Shown here piece by piece: positions 46,466 through 56,326 of a DNA stretch of 64,000 nucleotides. Each line of letters starts with the position of its first letter. The stretch's first letter is position 1. The stretch is from an uncultured delta proteobacterium (GTDB lineage Bacteria; Myxococcota; Myxococcia; Myxococcales; Myxococcaceae). Under the pieces are notes generated by a model. That model searched no databases. It was not told the DNA's origin and was given only the letters and a program-made list of their open reading frames with translations. Both the position numbers and the translations under genes were made by a program. The stretch is from assembly GCA_963713045.1 (NCBI GenBank), contig CAVQKE010000003.1, forward strand, positions 128,001 to 192,000. The letters are read 5' to 3'.

Positions 46466-48820
46466 TTACCTTACCACCCCGGCAGACGCCGCGTCCCAAT
46501 CCGGCCCGGGCGGTGAAAGCTTGAGAAAGCCCACCTCGTCGAGGTACCGCCGGGCCGGCCCATCCGTGGGCCACAGCCGCAACACTTCTTGGAAACGCCT
46601 CTCAGCCACCTCGAAGTCCCGGGCGCTGAAGGCATCCACTCCGGCCTCGAAGCACGCCACCGCCTCTGCCTCCGCGGGGGCGGGCGCACCCAGGTGGCGC
46701 AATTCGTAGACTTGCGTTGGGTGCTTCTTTCCTCGCACTCGCACCGACCCCAGCCTCCTTGCGCACACCTTGCCCTCCACCTGCGCGCGCGTCTCCTCGG
46801 ACAGAAGCACCCGGGTTCCAAATAGTTTGTTGGCACCCTCCAGCCGGCTCGCCAAATTCACGGCGTCCCCCATCACCGTGTAGTCAAAGCGGACGTTGGA
46901 GCCCATGTTGCCCACCACCATCTGCCCGGTGTTGATGCCGACGCCAATCTCCACCTCTCCGAGGCCCTCGGCACGCCACCTTGGCCGCAGCTGCTCCAAC
47001 TCCTGCAAAAAGCGCATCGCCGCGCGACAGGCCCGCAGGGCGTGGTCCTTCTGGGGCACCGGTGCGCCCCAGAAGGCCATCAGCGCGTCTCCAATGTACT
47101 TGTCCAGGGTGCCCCCCTCCTCAAACACAATCGTCGTCATCGGAGTGAGGTAGCCATTCACGAAGCGCACCAACGCCTCGGGCGCGGTGCGCTCCGCAAT
47201 TCCGGTGAAGCCACGAATGTCGCTGAAGAGGACAGTCAGTTCGCGCTTCTCCCCGCCCAGCTTGAGGTGGTCCGGATGCTCCAACATCTCGGTCATCACC
47301 GCCTCGCTCAGGTAATAGCGAAAGGTGCGGCGCAGGCGCAGCTTCTCCCGGTCCGTGGAAAGCCAGCCCACCAGCGTGACAGCGGACGCCACCGCGAGGA
47401 GCCCGGCCGCGGGCAGCACCAGCGCCAGCTGAATGCCGTGGCGAAGCAGCACCTGCCCCAGAAGCCACCAGGCAGTCACCAACGCGAGAGGCACCCCCAC
47501 CCGCCAGCCCGCCCCCACCCGAGGCAGAAGCCGGCCCAACAGAAGCGCTCCGCCCAGAAGAAAGGCCACCTCCAGCCACACCAACCACGGCCCGCGCTGC
47601 AAGTACCGTCCGGACAAAATGGCCGAAAGCATCACCGCGTGCGCGAAGACGCCGGGCTCCACCTCCCGAAAGGGCGTCACCACCTGGTCGAAGGAGCCCA
47701 CCAGCGTCACCCCCACCAGCACCGTCTTGCCGGCCAAGACGGCGGCGCTGGGGTCGGCTGAAAGCACGTCCGCCATGGACAGCGTCGGCACCACCGAGGC
47801 TGGGCCCAGCCAGGGAATGCGCGCGTAGGGTTCCTGCACTTCATTCGGAACCTCGCGCACCACCTCGCGCCCACGCCGCAGCCGGGCTCCCACCAACCGC
47901 TGCAGCACCGGGTCCCAGTCCGCCTCGACGTCGGCGCCCAGGGCCACCGCCGCCGTCTGCAACTCGAGGCTCGGCAACAGTCCCTGGGGCACCTCCAGCT
48001 GGATAAAGAGGGGCGTCCGGCGCAGCACGCCGTCCGGGTCCAGCCTCACCATGTAGTGGCCAAGGCGCGTCTGCGGCCGGACGAAGCTGCGCAGGGGCGC
48101 CTGCGCGCTGCGGTAGCGGTCCGCCAGCCAGGCCGTCCATGGCACCTCGTAGCGCGCCGCCTGGTGGGCCATCGGGAAGGTGGTGAGCAGCTTGGGCGCC
48201 AGCACCTCCGCATCCACCGCGGCGCGGGCGGCAAAGTCCGCCGCCTCCGAGGGGCGGTAGGCCTCCACCCCTTGGACGAAGCTGGGCGGCGCCAGGGCGG
48301 CCGCCAGCTCAGCGTCCGGGTCCTCCGCGGCCCGCGCCTGCAGTGCCAGGCGGACGGGCTGCAGCGCCGAGCGTTCCGTCTTGGGGAGTTTCTCGCTGGC
48401 CGCGTCCACCTCGCCCAGCACTGCGGCCCAAGGCCCAGCGGGCGCCTCGTCGGTGAACGTCATGTCCAGCCCGACCGCCACTGGCCGCAACGCCTGCAGG
48501 CGCTTCAAGCCCTGGGCAAGCAAGTCCCGCGGCCAGGGCCAGCGCCCGTGGCGCTGGATGGCCTTTTCGTCAATGGCCACCACCCACAGCTCCGGCGCCG
48601 GCGGCACCGGGCCCCGCAGCAGAAATTGGAGGTCCTCGGCCTTGCCTTCGGCTGAGGCCAGGCCTCGCAGCAGCACCTCGCGTGCGCTGGCTGGCCCGCT
48701 GCCTCCACTGGGAAGGGCCGCCCCCTCAAACCAAATGTGCAGCGCCGCCACCAGGGCGGCCAGCGCCAAGGCCGCCATTTCATAGCGGCCGCGAAAGAGG
48801 AGTTTGGGGAGGCGTTCCAT
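46466..48820 (-). CDS. CHASE2-domain class III adenylate cyclase
   Basis: VAIDEKAI..GRWPWPR, FSDIRGFT, DKYIGDA, DYTVMGDAVNLASRLE (Lys/Asp ATP-specifying and Asn/Arg catalytic residues). Confidence 0.92.
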   Translation of the reverse strand: MERLPKLLFRGRYEMAALALAALVAALHIWFEGAALPSGGSGPASAREVLLRGLASAEGKAEDLQFLLRGPVPPAPELWVVAIDEKAIQRHGRWPWPRDLLAQGLKRLQALRPVAVGLDMTFTDEAPAGPWAAVLGEVDAASEKLPKTERSALQPVRLALQARAAEDPDAELAAALAPPSFVQGVEAYRPSEAADFAARAAVDAEVLAPKLLTTFPMAHQAARYEVPWTAWLADRYRSAQAPLRSFVRPQTRLGHYMVRLDPDGVLRRTPLFIQLEVPQGLLPSLELQTAAVALGADVEADWDPVLQRLVGARLRRGREVVREVPNEVQEPYARIPWLGPASVVPTLSMADVLSADPSAAVLAGKTVLVGVTLVGSFDQVVTPFREVEPGVFAHAVMLSAILSGRYLQRGPWLVWLEVAFLLGGALLLGRLLPRVGAGWRVGVPLALVTAWWLLGQVLLRHGIQLALVLPAAGLLAVASAVTLVGWLSTDREKLRLRRTFRYYLSEAVMTEMLEHPDHLKLGGEKRELTVLFSDIRGFTGIAERTAPEALVRFVNGYLTPMTTIVFEEGGTLDKYIGDALMAFWGAPVPQKDHALRACRAAMRFLQELEQLRPRWRAEGLGEVEIGVGINTGQMVVGNMGSNVRFDYTVMGDAVNLASRLEGANKLFGTRVLLSEETRAQVEGKVCARRLGSVRVRGKKHPTQVYELRHLGAPAPAEAEAVACFEAGVDAFSARDFEVAERRFQEVLRLWPTDGPARRYLDEVGFLKLSPPGPDWDAASAGVVR

Positions 48821-48941
48821 CAGAAGGGGGCCCGGGGGGGCGGAGCAGCTGTCCCCCTTAGTCTCCTCCAACCCTGGCCCCGGGCCGCAGCCAATTCCTC
48901 CCCCCCGGCCGACACCCGGATGGCGTACAAGGACTCCTTCG

Positions 48942-49979
48942 GTGGGCACCACCTACAAGGACTCGGGGGTCGACATTACCGCCGGGGATGCGCTCGTCGA
49001 ACGCATCGCCCCTCTGGCGGCACGCACGCTGCGGCCGGAAGTCCTCTCCGGAGTGGGCGGCTTCGGGGGGCTTTTCGCCTTGCCGCCCGGACGCTGGAGG
49101 GAGCCGGTCCTGGTCGCCGGCACCGACGGGGTAGGCACCAAGCTGAAGGTGGCCTTCGCCGCCGGCCACCACAGCAGCATCGGCATCGACTTGGTGGCGA
49201 TGAGCGTCAATGACGTCCTCACCTCCGGCGCCGAACCGCTCTTCTTTCTGGACTACTTCGCCACCTCGCGGCTGCAGGTGGACCAGGCAGCCGCAGTGGT
49301 GTCCGGCGTGGTGGAGGGTTGCGCGCAGGCTGGGTGCACGCTCCTCGGCGGAGAGACGGCGGAACTCCCCGGCTTCTACAGCCAAGGGGAATATGACTTG
49401 GCCGGCTTCTGCGTCGGCGTGGTGGAGCGCTCGCGCTTGATTGACGGCCACACCATCCGGCCGGGGGACGCCCTGCTGGGCCTGGCCTCCTCCGGGCTGC
49501 ACTCCAACGGCTTCTCGCTGGCGCGTCGGGTGCTTTTGGAAAAGGCCCATTTGAGTCTTGACGACCGGGTGGAGGGCCTCGAGCGGCCGCTGGGGGAAGA
49601 ATTGCTCGAGCCGACGCGCATTTACGTCAAGGACGTCCTGGCCCTGCGCGAGGCGGTGGACATCCGCGGGCTGGCCCACATCACCGGGTCGGGCCTGCCG
49701 GGCAATGTCCCGCGCTGCCTGCCCAAGGGCACGCGGGCCGTTCTGCAGGCCTCCCGCTGGCCTTGTCCGCCCATCTTTCCCCTCATCGCTCGGTTGGGGG
49801 CCGTCTCCCGCGAGGAGATGTTTTCTACCTTCAACATGGGCCTCGGCATGGTGTGCGTCCTGCCGGCAGTGGACCTGGCAGCCGCCGTGGAGTTTCTCCG
49901 CGGTCGGGGCCTGGCGGCCTATGACGTTGGGCGGGTGGAAGCCGCGCCAGGAGAGCCCACCGCGGTCGTCCTGCCATGA
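48942..49979 (+). CDS. purM: Phosphoribosylformylglycinamidine cyclo-ligase
   Basis: YKDSGVD, GTDGVGTK, GGETAE, SSGLHSNG, HITG, TFNMG. Confidence 0.97.
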   Translation: MGTTYKDSGVDITAGDALVERIAPLAARTLRPEVLSGVGGFGGLFALPPGRWREPVLVAGTDGVGTKLKVAFAAGHHSSIGIDLVAMSVNDVLTSGAEPLFFLDYFATSRLQVDQAAAVVSGVVEGCAQAGCTLLGGETAELPGFYSQGEYDLAGFCVGVVERSRLIDGHTIRPGDALLGLASSGLHSNGFSLARRVLLEKAHLSLDDRVEGLERPLGEELLEPTRIYVKDVLALREAVDIRGLAHITGSGLPGNVPRCLPKGTRAVLQASRWPCPPIFPLIARLGAVSREEMFSTFNMGLGMVCVLPAVDLAAAVEFLRGRGLAAYDVGRVEAAPGEPTAVVLP

Positions 49980-50632
49980 CGCGCCGGGCCTTGGCGGTGC
50001 TGGTGTCCGGAACGGGCAGCAACCTGCAGGCGCTGCTGGAGGCGAGCGCCGCGCCGGACTTTCCCGCGCAGGTCGCGGTGGTGCTGTCCAACGCCCCGGG
50101 CGCCCTCGCCCTGCAGCGCGCGGAGAAGGTGGGCGTGCCGACGCTGGTGCTGCCCCACCAGCGGTACCAGGGACGCACCGCCTATGACGCCGCGCTGGTG
50201 GAGGCGCTGGCCCCGTACCGGGTGGACCTGGTTTGCCTCGCCGGCTTCATGCGCCTTGTCGGCGGGGACTTCCTCCGGGCCTTCCCGCAGGGGGTGTTAA
50301 ACATCCACCCCGCGCTGCTTCCCAGCTTCCCCGGGCTACATGCGGTGCGCCAGGCGCTGGCGCATGGCGCCAAGGTTTCCGGCTGCACCGTGCATCTCGT
50401 CGACGAGGGGACGGATACCGGCCCCATCATCGCCCAGGCTGCAGTCCCAGTCCTGGACACGGACAGCGAGGCGACATTGGGCGCGCGCATTCAGCAGCAA
50501 GAGCACCGACTCTACCCGTTGGCGGTGCGCCTTCTGGCCTCGGGCGCCGTGCGGCGGGAGGGACGGCGTCTCCTCGGCGGCGCTCCCCCAGAAGTCTCGG
50601 GCCTCGCACTCTTCAACCCAGGGCTCGGCTGA
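49976..50632 (+). CDS. purN: Phosphoribosylglycinamide formyltransferase
   Basis: SGTGSNLQA, LAGFMR, NIHPALLP, GCTVH, DTGPII. Confidence 0.97.
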   Translation: MTRRALAVLVSGTGSNLQALLEASAAPDFPAQVAVVLSNAPGALALQRAEKVGVPTLVLPHQRYQGRTAYDAALVEALAPYRVDLVCLAGFMRLVGGDFLRAFPQGVLNIHPALLPSFPGLHAVRQALAHGAKVSGCTVHLVDEGTDTGPIIAQAAVPVLDTDSEATLGARIQQQEHRLYPLAVRLLASGAVRREGRRLLGGAPPEVSGLALFNPGLG

Positions 50633-50651
50633 GGGGACGCCGCCTTCGACA

Positions 50652-52142
50652 ATGGCCCGGCTTCCGGACAAGCCCCGCTTCGCCGCCGCGCCCAGCTCGC
50701 GCGTCTACGAGGCCATTGTCCTCGGTTCCTCCTTCGGCGCAGCCTTCGCCGCGGCGCTCCTCGCCCGGCGCGGCCTCCGCGTCCTGTGGGTTGAGCAGGG
50801 CAGTCCGCCGGCAGCGTACGCACATCAGGGCTTCCTCTGGCCGACGCGGGCCATGCCACTGCCGCATCCGCGGGCGGTGCCCCTTTTCGAGGACGCGCTC
50901 AGCGAGTTGGGCCTCACCACGCAAGTCTCCCGCGCGCTGCGGCCGGTGGTGCCAGCGCTTCAACTGGTGCTGCCCAGGCACCGGCTGGACTTGCCCCTCG
51001 ACGATGGGCGCCGGCTGGCCGAGTGCACCCGCGAGTTTGCAACCAGCGGGGCGCATCTGGCCGAGCTGGTCAAACAGCTTGCCACCGCCCACACCAGCAC
51101 CGACGGGTTCCTCCGCAGCAAAGAGGCGCTGCCAGCGGGTGGGCTGCTGGCCCGCTGGCGACTGCGGCGTGCCCTCCGGCGCTGGCCAGCGCTCGACAGC
51201 CCCGTGCCCCTGTCGGACAGCGACCCGGCCGAGAATCTCTTGTCCCGAGGCACGGCCTTCCTCCTCTACCGGGAACCGGTGGGTCCCCTTGCCGTCCAGA
51301 GGACGCTCGGACAGCTGCTCGCCGGGCCCCAGCACTTCCCCGGGGGCCTGGCCGGGTTTCAAGACTTGCTACGCCATCGCTTTGAGGAACTCGGCGGGAC
51401 CCTGCTTCCCTTCGACAGTGTCCCCGGCTCTGGACTCAATTCCCTCACCCTCGAAGGCGGCCAGCCGGTGGGCGTGGACCTGCGTGGCTCCGAGGCCACC
51501 CACCGGGCTGCCTTCGTCCTGTCCGCGCTGGATGACGCCGAGCTGCTACCGCTGGTGCCCGAGTCACTCCGCGCAGCCCGGCCCCATGCGCTGCATCCCG
51601 CCACGCCTTCCCATGCCATCCTCGCGGTGCACTGGGTGCTTCCCGCCACCGCGCTTCCCCAAGGCCTTGGGGAACTCGCCCTGGTGGACGACGCCACGCC
51701 GCTCGGTGCGCACTTCGTCCAAGTGGGACCTGCCCGGCGGCACGAGGCACGCAGCGACGAGGCCGGACTGCGCCTGGTGACAGCGACGGCCGTCTTTCCA
51801 GCAGACGTCGAGTCGGCCCTGGTGTCTGCCCACGCCGCCCGCCTGGAGGAGGCACTGGAACGGCTCCTCCCGTTCGCCAGGCGCCAAGTGGTGGCCCGTT
51901 CCGTCCCGCAGCTGGATGCGCCCCAGCGCGTCCCAGCCCCGCTTCACCCCCTTCTGCCGCGGCCCGCTAAGGCAGCCTGGGAGCCCCTGGGGACGCCGCC
52001 CACCACCCCCTGGCCAAGCCTCCTTCGGGCCGGCCGGGAGGTGTGCCCCGGGCTCGGCATTGAGGGGGAATTGCTTGCGGCCCTGGGAGCCGTGGCCCGG
52101 GTCCAGCGCGCCAGCCAGAAGCGCCGGCCCGGTGGACGCTAG
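50652..52142 (+). CDS. FAD/NAD-binding oxidoreductase-like protein (phytoene desaturase-like), divergent
   Basis: YEAIVLGSSFGAAFAAALLARRGLRVLWVE; PGG; C-terminal PGLGIEGE. Confidence 0.65.
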   Translation: MARLPDKPRFAAAPSSRVYEAIVLGSSFGAAFAAALLARRGLRVLWVEQGSPPAAYAHQGFLWPTRAMPLPHPRAVPLFEDALSELGLTTQVSRALRPVVPALQLVLPRHRLDLPLDDGRRLAECTREFATSGAHLAELVKQLATAHTSTDGFLRSKEALPAGGLLARWRLRRALRRWPALDSPVPLSDSDPAENLLSRGTAFLLYREPVGPLAVQRTLGQLLAGPQHFPGGLAGFQDLLRHRFEELGGTLLPFDSVPGSGLNSLTLEGGQPVGVDLRGSEATHRAAFVLSALDDAELLPLVPESLRAARPHALHPATPSHAILAVHWVLPATALPQGLGELALVDDATPLGAHFVQVGPARRHEARSDEAGLRLVTATAVFPADVESALVSAHAARLEEALERLLPFARRQVVARSVPQLDAPQRVPAPLHPLLPRPAKAAWEPLGTPPTTPWPSLLRAGREVCPGLGIEGELLAALGAVARVQRASQKRRPGGR

Positions 52143-52217
52143 GGGCCTGGCAATGCCACGGAAATTCGGTTATGCGCAGGCCCCTCGTTTCGTCTTCAGT
52201 CTCCCCTAGAGGAAGTC

Positions 52218-52409
52218 ATGGCCTGGAAGTGCGACATCTGTGGCAAGCGCCCGCTGGTGGGCAACAACGTCAGCCACGCCAACAACAAGACGAAGACGCG
52301 CTCGCTGCCGAATTTGCAGAAGCTCCGCGCCACCATCGACGGGCGCACCCAGCGCGTCCTCGCCTGCACCCGGTGCATTAAGGCCGGCAAGGTGGTGAAG
52401 GCCGCCTAG
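52218..52409 (+). CDS. rpmB: 50S ribosomal protein L28 (zinc-binding form)
   Basis: [26 protein letters not shown]. Confidence 0.97.
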   Translation: MAWKCDICGKRPLVGNNVSHANNKTKTRSLPNLQKLRATIDGRTQRVLACTRCIKAGKVVKAA

Positions 52410-52433
52410 GGCGAAAAGGAGGCGGCCTTCCCC

Positions 52434-53345
52434 GTGCGCGTCGCCCTCCTTTTTGTGGACGGCGTTGGCGTCGGGCTCAACGACCCGGACGTCAACCCTC
52501 TGGCCCGAGGGGAGTTTCTCCTCTCCCAATTCCTGGACGGCACGGGCACCGCGTTGCCGGGGGGACAGCTGTCCTTGGTGGACGCCACCTTCGGCGTGGC
52601 CGGGCGCCCCCAGTCCGCCTCCAACCAGACGGCGCTTCTCACCGGGCTGCCCGCGCCGCTGTTGGCCGGTCGGCACGTTCTTGGCTACCCAGACGCGCCC
52701 CTTCGGGCACTCCTCAGCAAGCACTCCCTGGTGAAGCGGCTGGTGGAGTCCGGACGGCAGGCCACCTTCGCCAACGCCTACCCGGCAGCCTACCTCGCGG
52801 CCCTGGGGCTACCTCACCTGGGCGGTGGCGCGCCGGACATCACCATTCCTGCCCGGGCCCGGCGGAAACTTCGGCCCTCGGCCACCACCGCTGCCTTCGC
52901 CGCCGGCGGGGTGCCACTGCGGACGTTGGACGCCCTGCGCGCCGGTCAAGCGCTGGCCCATGACGTCACCGGCGCGCGGGGCGTGGCCCGAGGGCTTCGC
53001 CTCCCCTTGCGGACGCCTGGCGAGGCGGCCAGCACCTTCTGGCGCCTGGCGGCCGGGATGGACTTCACCCTCTTCGAGCACTTCACCGCCGACGAGGCCG
53101 GCCACGCCCAGGACGTCCAGGCGGCGCTGGAGGCCCTCACCACCTTTGACGCCTTCGTCCGGGCGGTGGTTGCCGGCCGGCCAGCGGACACGCGCGTCCT
53201 GGTGACGAGCGACCACGGCAACGTGGAGGACCTCCGGACGCGCAACCACACCCGGGGGCCGGTGCCGCTGTTGGCCTTTCCTCCCCTGGAGGGGACGACG
53301 CGGCCCGGCACCGTCGCTGACGTCGGCCAGCTGCTGCTGGGCTGA
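52434..53345 (+). CDS. Alkaline-phosphatase-superfamily metalloenzyme (phosphoglycerate-mutase-like)
   Basis: FVDGVG, PQSA, DEAGH, TSDHGN, HT..PVP. Confidence 0.85.
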   Translation: MRVALLFVDGVGVGLNDPDVNPLARGEFLLSQFLDGTGTALPGGQLSLVDATFGVAGRPQSASNQTALLTGLPAPLLAGRHVLGYPDAPLRALLSKHSLVKRLVESGRQATFANAYPAAYLAALGLPHLGGGAPDITIPARARRKLRPSATTAAFAAGGVPLRTLDALRAGQALAHDVTGARGVARGLRLPLRTPGEAASTFWRLAAGMDFTLFEHFTADEAGHAQDVQAALEALTTFDAFVRAVVAGRPADTRVLVTSDHGNVEDLRTRNHTRGPVPLLAFPPLEGTTRPGTVADVGQLLLG

Positions 53346-53378
53346 AGCCCCGGGGGGCAGGGACTTGAGCCGACTCTT

Positions 53379-53837
53379 CTAGCGCGCCGGTTCGAGCTTG
53401 CCCGGGCGGCGCAGCATCTTCTCAATCTCGCTGATGTGGACTTCCTCGTCGTGCACCATCTTCCGCGCGTACTCCTCGAGCATGATGTCCCGGTCGCGCA
53501 CCAACTCCAGCAGCTTGCGGTAGGTGTCGACCCCCTCCTGCTCGTGCTCCATCGCCTCGCGCAAAATCTGGTCGATGTCGTGCCGGTGCGTCTCCAGCAG
53601 CTTGCCGATGCGCAGCGAGGGATGGCCCCCCATGGCCGTGATGTGCTCGCCCGCCTGCAGCGCGTGGGTCAGCCCCTCATCGGCCTGGGTCCTCATCCAG
53701 GAGACAATGGGAATGCGGGCGTGTCCAAACACCATCAGCGAGTAGTGCGCGTAGCGCACCACCCCGGCGAGCTCGATTTCGAGAATTCGGTTCAGCACGT
53801 CCAGCACGCTTTTTTCGTTCAGCGCCCGTTCGGGCAT
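53379..53837 (-). CDS. Ferritin-like/bacterioferritin protein
   Basis: LNRILEIELAGVVRY, DEGLTH, EHEQEG, DEEVH di-iron pattern. Confidence 0.88.
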   Translation of the reverse strand: MPERALNEKSVLDVLNRILEIELAGVVRYAHYSLMVFGHARIPIVSWMRTQADEGLTHALQAGEHITAMGGHPSLRIGKLLETHRHDIDQILREAMEHEQEGVDTYRKLLELVRDRDIMLEEYARKMVHDEEVHISEIEKMLRRPGKLEPAR

Positions 53838-53865
53838 GTGACGTCTCCTGGGAGAGGGGAAAAAC

Positions 53866-55581
53866 TCACCGCGGCGCCACTGCGGCCGGGTTGTCGAGCA
53901 GCGGCGGACGGTCCTTGCCCTCCACCACCCGCTGGAGCTCGATTTCCTGAAGCAGTGTGGGTGGAGCCACCGTCGACACCGGCACGCTACCGCTCTCGGC
54001 GCCACAGAAGCCATTGAAGATGCCGGGAGTCTGGCCGGTGGCGAGGATTTTATTCATCGCACTGAGCGGCGTCCCCACAATCTCCACCCCACGGACCAGC
54101 GTCTCCGAGCCGTCGCGCACGTCCACGCGGAAAACGCGGCGGGGAATTCCCTTGAAGGCCTGGTAGCCAAAGCTGGAGGTGTTGGTGTTGCCCCCGGTGA
54201 TGTCCCGGATGATGAGGCCGTACTGCTTCCCCTGACGCTTGGCCTCGGCGATGAGCATTCGCTTCAACTCGGCGTCGCTGACCTGGTGGGTGGAAGTGAC
54301 AATCAGGTTGGACATGCGCGCCACCGGCCGGCGGTTGAGCTGCGCGCGACCGTGCCCATTGGACTGCGGGAAGCCCTCCACCGGGTGGCGGGAGGTGAGG
54401 AAGCTTCGAAGCACGCCCTGGTCCACCAGCGTCACGGCTTGCGCTGGGATGCCCTCATCGTCGAAGCGGTAGAAGCCGTTCAGCGACTGGCCGCGGAGGC
54501 TAGACCGCGTGGGGTCATCCACCACGGTGAGAAAGCTCGGCAGCACCGGCTTGCCCACCTGCCCTCGAAATGTCTTGCCCTCCGCGTCGTTGTCCTCCCG
54601 GTCGCCCTCCAGCCGGTGGCCGACCGCCTCGTGGAAAAGCACGCCGGCCGCATTGGACTCGAGCACCGCTGGCCCGGTGTAGGGGTCGATGGCTGGTGCG
54701 GCGCGAAGCTGCGCCAGCTCGGCAATGACGGTGTCCGCGTCCTTAGCCAAGGCTGCTTCCGAAGGGAGGTCCGCCTCGCGGAAGGCGTAATAGTCGCGGC
54801 TGTCGTCCAGTAGCTGCCCGTCATCGGCCCGGGTGAGCGCAAAGACGTGCACCCCGTAGAGCGTCTCTTCGGTCAGGATGCGGCTGCCCTCGGAGGAGAC
54901 GAAGTAGCGCACCTGCTTGTCGGCCGTGACCCGCACGTCGGCGTCGAAGATGCGCGGGTCGGCGTTAAACCTGGCCGAGACCAGGCGGACCGTCTGAATC
55001 CAGCGCGCTCGGTCGAAGGGGAACTCGGTGGCCGGCTGAATGTAGACACTCGGCCGCTCGTGGCTGAAAGCCGCCGGGCGTTTGGGGTCCTCCACCACGT
55101 AGACGTTTTCGCCCTTCTTCTTGAGGTAGTTGAAGAGGGCCGCCTTGTAACGCTCGTCGGTAATTATCCACAGGGCCGCTCTCAGTGCCGCCGGGTCGTC
55201 GTCGAGGGGTGCCTCCTTGCGAGCGGTGTAGCTGGTCCCCTTCAGCGAGAAGTTGAAGTCCATGTCTTCGCTGACGCTGCTGTCAAAGTCGTGGCTTCCC
55301 ACACGGGCATCGACGTAGACGCGGCGGTCGCGGAGCGACTCGTCATCGAAAAGCGCTCCGTAGCGGCCGGCCACCCAACGCTGCTCGAGGTCCTTCACCG
55401 TGTAGCTGAGAAAATAGGGAGCCGGGTTCTCGCCGAGCTTCAGCCGCGCCTGGTTGCGCTGAAGCTCGCCTGCCATCGCATCCAGCAGTTTGAGCCGGCC
55501 GTCGCCCGGGGTGGAAGACACATCGGCGGGAGCAGCCAGGGAAACCAGCAGCGCGAAAGTGGGTCCAAGCAGGGTGAGCAC
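53866..55581 (-). CDS. TldD/PmbA family metalloprotease with signal peptide
   Basis: FHEAVGHRLEG, DDEG, SNGHGR, RMSNL, FCGAESG. Confidence 0.88.
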   Translation of the reverse strand: MLTLLGPTFALLVSLAAPADVSSTPGDGRLKLLDAMAGELQRNQARLKLGENPAPYFLSYTVKDLEQRWVAGRYGALFDDESLRDRRVYVDARVGSHDFDSSVSEDMDFNFSLKGTSYTARKEAPLDDDPAALRAALWIITDERYKAALFNYLKKKGENVYVVEDPKRPAAFSHERPSVYIQPATEFPFDRARWIQTVRLVSARFNADPRIFDADVRVTADKQVRYFVSSEGSRILTEETLYGVHVFALTRADDGQLLDDSRDYYAFREADLPSEAALAKDADTVIAELAQLRAAPAIDPYTGPAVLESNAAGVLFHEAVGHRLEGDREDNDAEGKTFRGQVGKPVLPSFLTVVDDPTRSSLRGQSLNGFYRFDDEGIPAQAVTLVDQGVLRSFLTSRHPVEGFPQSNGHGRAQLNRRPVARMSNLIVTSTHQVSDAELKRMLIAEAKRQGKQYGLIIRDITGGNTNTSSFGYQAFKGIPRRVFRVDVRDGSETLVRGVEIVGTPLSAMNKILATGQTPGIFNGFCGAESGSVPVSTVAPPTLLQEIELQRVVEGKDRPPLLDNPAAVAPR

Positions 55582-55617
55582 GTCAACCAGACTCTACCGC
55601 AACCGACGTCGGGCCAA

Positions 55618-56304
55618 TTACCCCACGAGCGCCTGCTCACCAAGCGGGGTCGGACCGCCCCACTCCACCACCCGCCAGCCGCGCGCTTTGGCCTCGCGCC
55701 GAAGCCGGCGGTCAGGGTTCACCACCACTGGCCGACCGACGCGCTCCAAGACGGGCAAGTCCGAATAGCTGTCGGTATAGAAGGCACAGGCGGAAAGCGC
55801 GACGCCGCTGCGCTGGGCATAGTCCTCGGCATAGCGCAGCTTGCCGGCACCGAAGCACACCTCCCCTTCCGGCTCGCCGGTGTGCACGCCGTCGCGCACG
55901 CGAAAGCGGGTACAGAGGACTCCGTCCAAGCGCAGCTCAGCGCTCACCAACTCGGAGAGGTAGAGCGAGCTGGCAGTCAACAGGACACACGCCTCGCCTC
56001 GAGAACGGTGGTGGTCAACTGCCGCCCGGGCACCCGCGCGATAGAGTTGGCGGACCTCCTCCTCGTAAAAGGCACGGGTGCGCTCCCGCAGTGTCTCTTC
56101 CGGCGTCCCTTCGAGGCTTCGGATGGCCGTCCTCAACGCCTCGTCCATCGAGGCGAAGCCCAGCCGGTAGCGCACCATCCAGCCGGCCGCGCGCAGCGCC
56201 TGCAGCCGGTTGATGTGGCCGCTGCGCAGCTCGCGGCGAATCCACAGGTTGCCGGAGTTGCCGACGATGAGCGTCTCGTCAAAGTCGAAGAAGGCGATGG
56301 CCAC
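55618..56304 (-). CDS. HAD-IB family hydrolase
   Basis: AFFDFDETL, LTAS, GAGK, YTDSYSDLP, VNPD. Confidence 0.92.
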   Translation of the reverse strand: MAIAFFDFDETLIVGNSGNLWIRRELRSGHINRLQALRAAGWMVRYRLGFASMDEALRTAIRSLEGTPEETLRERTRAFYEEEVRQLYRAGARAAVDHHRSRGEACVLLTASSLYLSELVSAELRLDGVLCTRFRVRDGVHTGEPEGEVCFGAGKLRYAEDYAQRSGVALSACAFYTDSYSDLPVLERVGRPVVVNPDRRLRREAKARGWRVVEWGGPTPLGEQALVG

Positions 56305-56326
56305 GGCGCAACCGCATGCTAACTGC

